From positions 192,001 to 256,000 of the forward strand of contig CAWDXE010000007.1 of the NCBI GenBank assembly GCA_963806185.1: DNA of 64,000 nucleotides, written 5' to 3'. Under the pieces are notes generated by a model, which saw only the letters and a list, made by a program, of their open reading frames with translations, did no database searches and was not told where the DNA came from. The DNA comes from an uncultured candidate division Zixibacteria bacterium (GTDB lineage Bacteria > Zixibacteria > MSB-5A5 > GN15 > FEB-12). This document shows positions 62,149-64,000 of the stretch, in pieces (the first letter of the stretch is position 1; every line of letters starts with the position of its first letter). A program made the translations under genes and the position numbers.

Positions 62149-62913
62149 TTATTTGAGGTCTTTCAGACGCTCCTTCGATTGCTCGGCCTCAAGCGTATTG
62201 CCGAATTCGTTGATGACCTGCTGGTAGAGCTTCTTGGCTTCGGCAGGCTTGCCCAGTTCCTGTTTGGAGCGGGCCATCTTGTAGAGTGCCTGGCGAACAC
62301 GTTCGGAACTCTTGAAGTTGTTCACCAATCCCTGGAATTGGTCGAAAGCTTCCACATACTTTTTCTGTTGATAGTAGCTTTCGCCGATCCAGTAGACGGC
62401 GTCACCGACGTTTTCGGATGTCGGGCAAGCTTGCTGGAATTTTTGGAATTGGACGATGGCATTGTCGTAGTTGCCGGCCCGCATCAACACGAAGGCGCTG
62501 TCGTACATGTTCTGGCATTCGGCATTGACTTGGGGAAGCGCGCCGGGTCCGCCCGGTTGAACACCGGGTGAGCTACCCACCGTGCCACGGGAAGATCCCC
62601 GTCCCAGCTTGTCGATCTTCTCAGCCAACTCGTTATAGTTCTCGAGCAGCTTGGCGATCTGCGACTGAAGTTCGTTGACCGAAGTTCGCAGTTCATTGCG
62701 AAGCCGCGTGTCCGATTCCGAGCCACTGACCGTGAGCGAATCCATTCGGGTCACGGCGGCGAGAACCTGCTTGTTCTGTTCCTCGACCCGGCCGACCTGT
62801 TCCTGAAGGGTGTCGATGTCACGCTTGGTGACGCAGCCCGAGATGGCCGCTCCGACGATTAGAGCCGTTGCCACGAAGGCAACGGCCCTGTACTTGTAAG
62901 ATATTGTCTGCAT
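62149..62913 (-). CDS. cpoB: Tol-Pal system protein YbgF/CpoB (lipoprotein, coiled coil plus TPR)
   Basis: Lipobox ISGC, coiled coil, YWIGESYY, ALYKMA; follows pal. Confidence 0.88.
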   Translation of the reverse strand: MQTISYKYRAVAFVATALIVGAAISGCVTKRDIDTLQEQVGRVEEQNKQVLAAVTRMDSLTVSGSESDTRLRNELRTSVNELQSQIAKLLENYNELAEKIDKLGRGSSRGTVGSSPGVQPGGPGALPQVNAECQNMYDSAFVLMRAGNYDNAIVQFQKFQQACPTSENVGDAVYWIGESYYQQKKYVEAFDQFQGLVNNFKSSERVRQALYKMARSKQELGKPAEAKKLYQQVINEFGNTLEAEQSKERLKDLK

Positions 62914-62936
62914 ACCGATGTCCCTGCTGGCGTCGG

Positions 62937-63446
62937 TTACTGTGACACGACGCGGAATTCGCAACGGCGGTTCTTTGCCCAGGCATCCTCGTTACTTCCG
63001 GGGACGGCCGGACGCTCTTTGCCGTAGCTGATCACACTCAGGCGGCTGCCATTGATGCCCAACCCTGCAATGTAGTCCATAGCGGCGCGGGCACGACGTT
63101 CGCCGAGCGAGATGTTATATTCAACCGTGCCGCGTTCGTCGCAGTGACCCTCGATCTTGATGATCGCCGACGGATAGTCCTTCATGAGCTGGTAGTTGTG
63201 ATCCAGCGCCGCGCGGGCATCCGGGCGAAGATTATATTTGTCGAAATCGAAGTAAACGGTTTCGAACTGAGACTCGGTAAGGGCCTGCTTCGGCTCTTCT
63301 ACAGGTTTGACCTCAGGAGTCTTCGGTTCTTCTTTCACCGTGGGAGTGGTTGTGATCGGAGCTTCGGGCTGCGTTTTCGGTTTGGGACAACCCCAAACAG
63401 CCAGAGCCATCACCGCCAGAAGGATTACAAAAAGGGACTTTCTCAT
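62937..63446 (-). CDS. pal: Peptidoglycan-associated lipoprotein
   Basis: Lipobox VWGC, VYFDFD, EGHCDERGTVEYNISLGERRA, SYGKERP, KNRR. Confidence 0.96.
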   Translation of the reverse strand: MRKSLFVILLAVMALAVWGCPKPKTQPEAPITTTPTVKEEPKTPEVKPVEEPKQALTESQFETVYFDFDKYNLRPDARAALDHNYQLMKDYPSAIIKIEGHCDERGTVEYNISLGERRARAAMDYIAGLGINGSRLSVISYGKERPAVPGSNEDAWAKNRRCEFRVVSQ

Positions 63447-63515
63447 CGCGGTAAAACCCTCCGATAGCATTAAAAACTAATAGTTCAAATCCATGTGCGC
63501 CAATCTAAAAGGTCC

Positions 63516-63533
63516 TGTTGACAGTGGTCAACA
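63516..63533. promoter_or_regulatory. Perfect 7-4-7 palindrome overlapping the putative pal -35 box
   Basis: TGTTGAC-agtg-GTCAACA; minus strand TTGACC-18 bp-TAGATT. Confidence 0.45.
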
Positions 63534-63617
63534 AAAATCGGAAAAATTTGACCGGTGAGGCAAATCTGGACGACGGTCACTCTTTTATTACGCGCAAACT
63601 CACCGTTTGGCCCGTTC

Positions 63618-64000
63618 TTATTGCCGAATCGGCCCCCAGGCGGGGTTAGTGCAATTCCCCGATGTGGTTATGCGCCTTTGATTCCGGCCGGTAGCGTCGG
63701 CCATGTAGATGTCCGGTTTACCGAGCCGAGTGGAGGAGAAGATCAGGTGCTTTCCGTCGGGCGAGAAACTGGGATTCTCGTTCTGCCCGAATTCGGTCAT
63801 CACACGATACCCTTGGCCGGACGTGTCGATGGATGCCAGATCGAAGCGGCCGAATTGTGTTCGGCTCACAAAGGTCACCCGGTCACCGCGTTCCGACCAT
63901 TTCGGCGAATCATTGTACTTTCCTTCGAAAGTCAGGCGTTTGACGCTCTGACCCTCCTGATCGCAGAGATAAATTTGCGGTGTGCCGGTGCGATCGGACG
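63618..64000 (-). CDS. tolB: TolB beta-propeller, 3' part (continues beyond the window)
   Basis: SDRTGTPQIY..RLTFEGKYNDSPKWS..NENPSFSPDGKHLIFSS..NPAWGP; upstream of pal. Confidence 0.9.
   Translation of the reverse strand, partial: SDRTGTPQIYLCDQEGQSVKRLTFEGKYNDSPKWSERGDRVTFVSRTQFGRFDLASIDTSGQGYRVMTEFGQNENPSFSPDGKHLIFSSTRLGKPDIYMADATGRNQRRITTSGNCTNPAWGPIRQ

Overview
GC-rich bacterial chromosome window, most likely candidate phylum Zixibacteria. This is inferred from repeated secreted proteins ending in NYPNPFNPxT (FlgD/T9SS-A-like) tails or duplicated dockerin-like tails, and from an archaeal-type HMG-CoA synthase locus. It contains: housekeeping genes (icd, tRNA-Arg(ACG), htpX, rarA, rdgB, ligA, tolB-pal-cpoB); six secreted modular proteins, two carrying cohesin-like domains and two carrying dockerin-like domains, suggesting a non-cellulolytic scaffoldin system; a DAACS amino-acid transporter with a ~365-aa mixed-charge disordered tail and an altered NMDGT motif; an octaheme cytochrome-NrfC-NrfD redox module with no catalytic subunit; an HMGCS/thiolase/DUF35 triad whose zinc ribbon lacks all Cys, upstream of an atuA-liuBCD-like and fatty-acid oxidation cluster with no HMG-CoA lyase in the window; and an accessory block (sigma-54 two-component system, YHS protein, two-domain vanadium haloperoxidase/PAP2, PEP-CTERM protein, 20-aa Lys-rich peptide). 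Four genes look leaderless. About 15 single-base indels break conserved genes, including essential ligA, and are best read as sequencing errors. No CRISPR array, transposase, integrase or prophage gene was seen.
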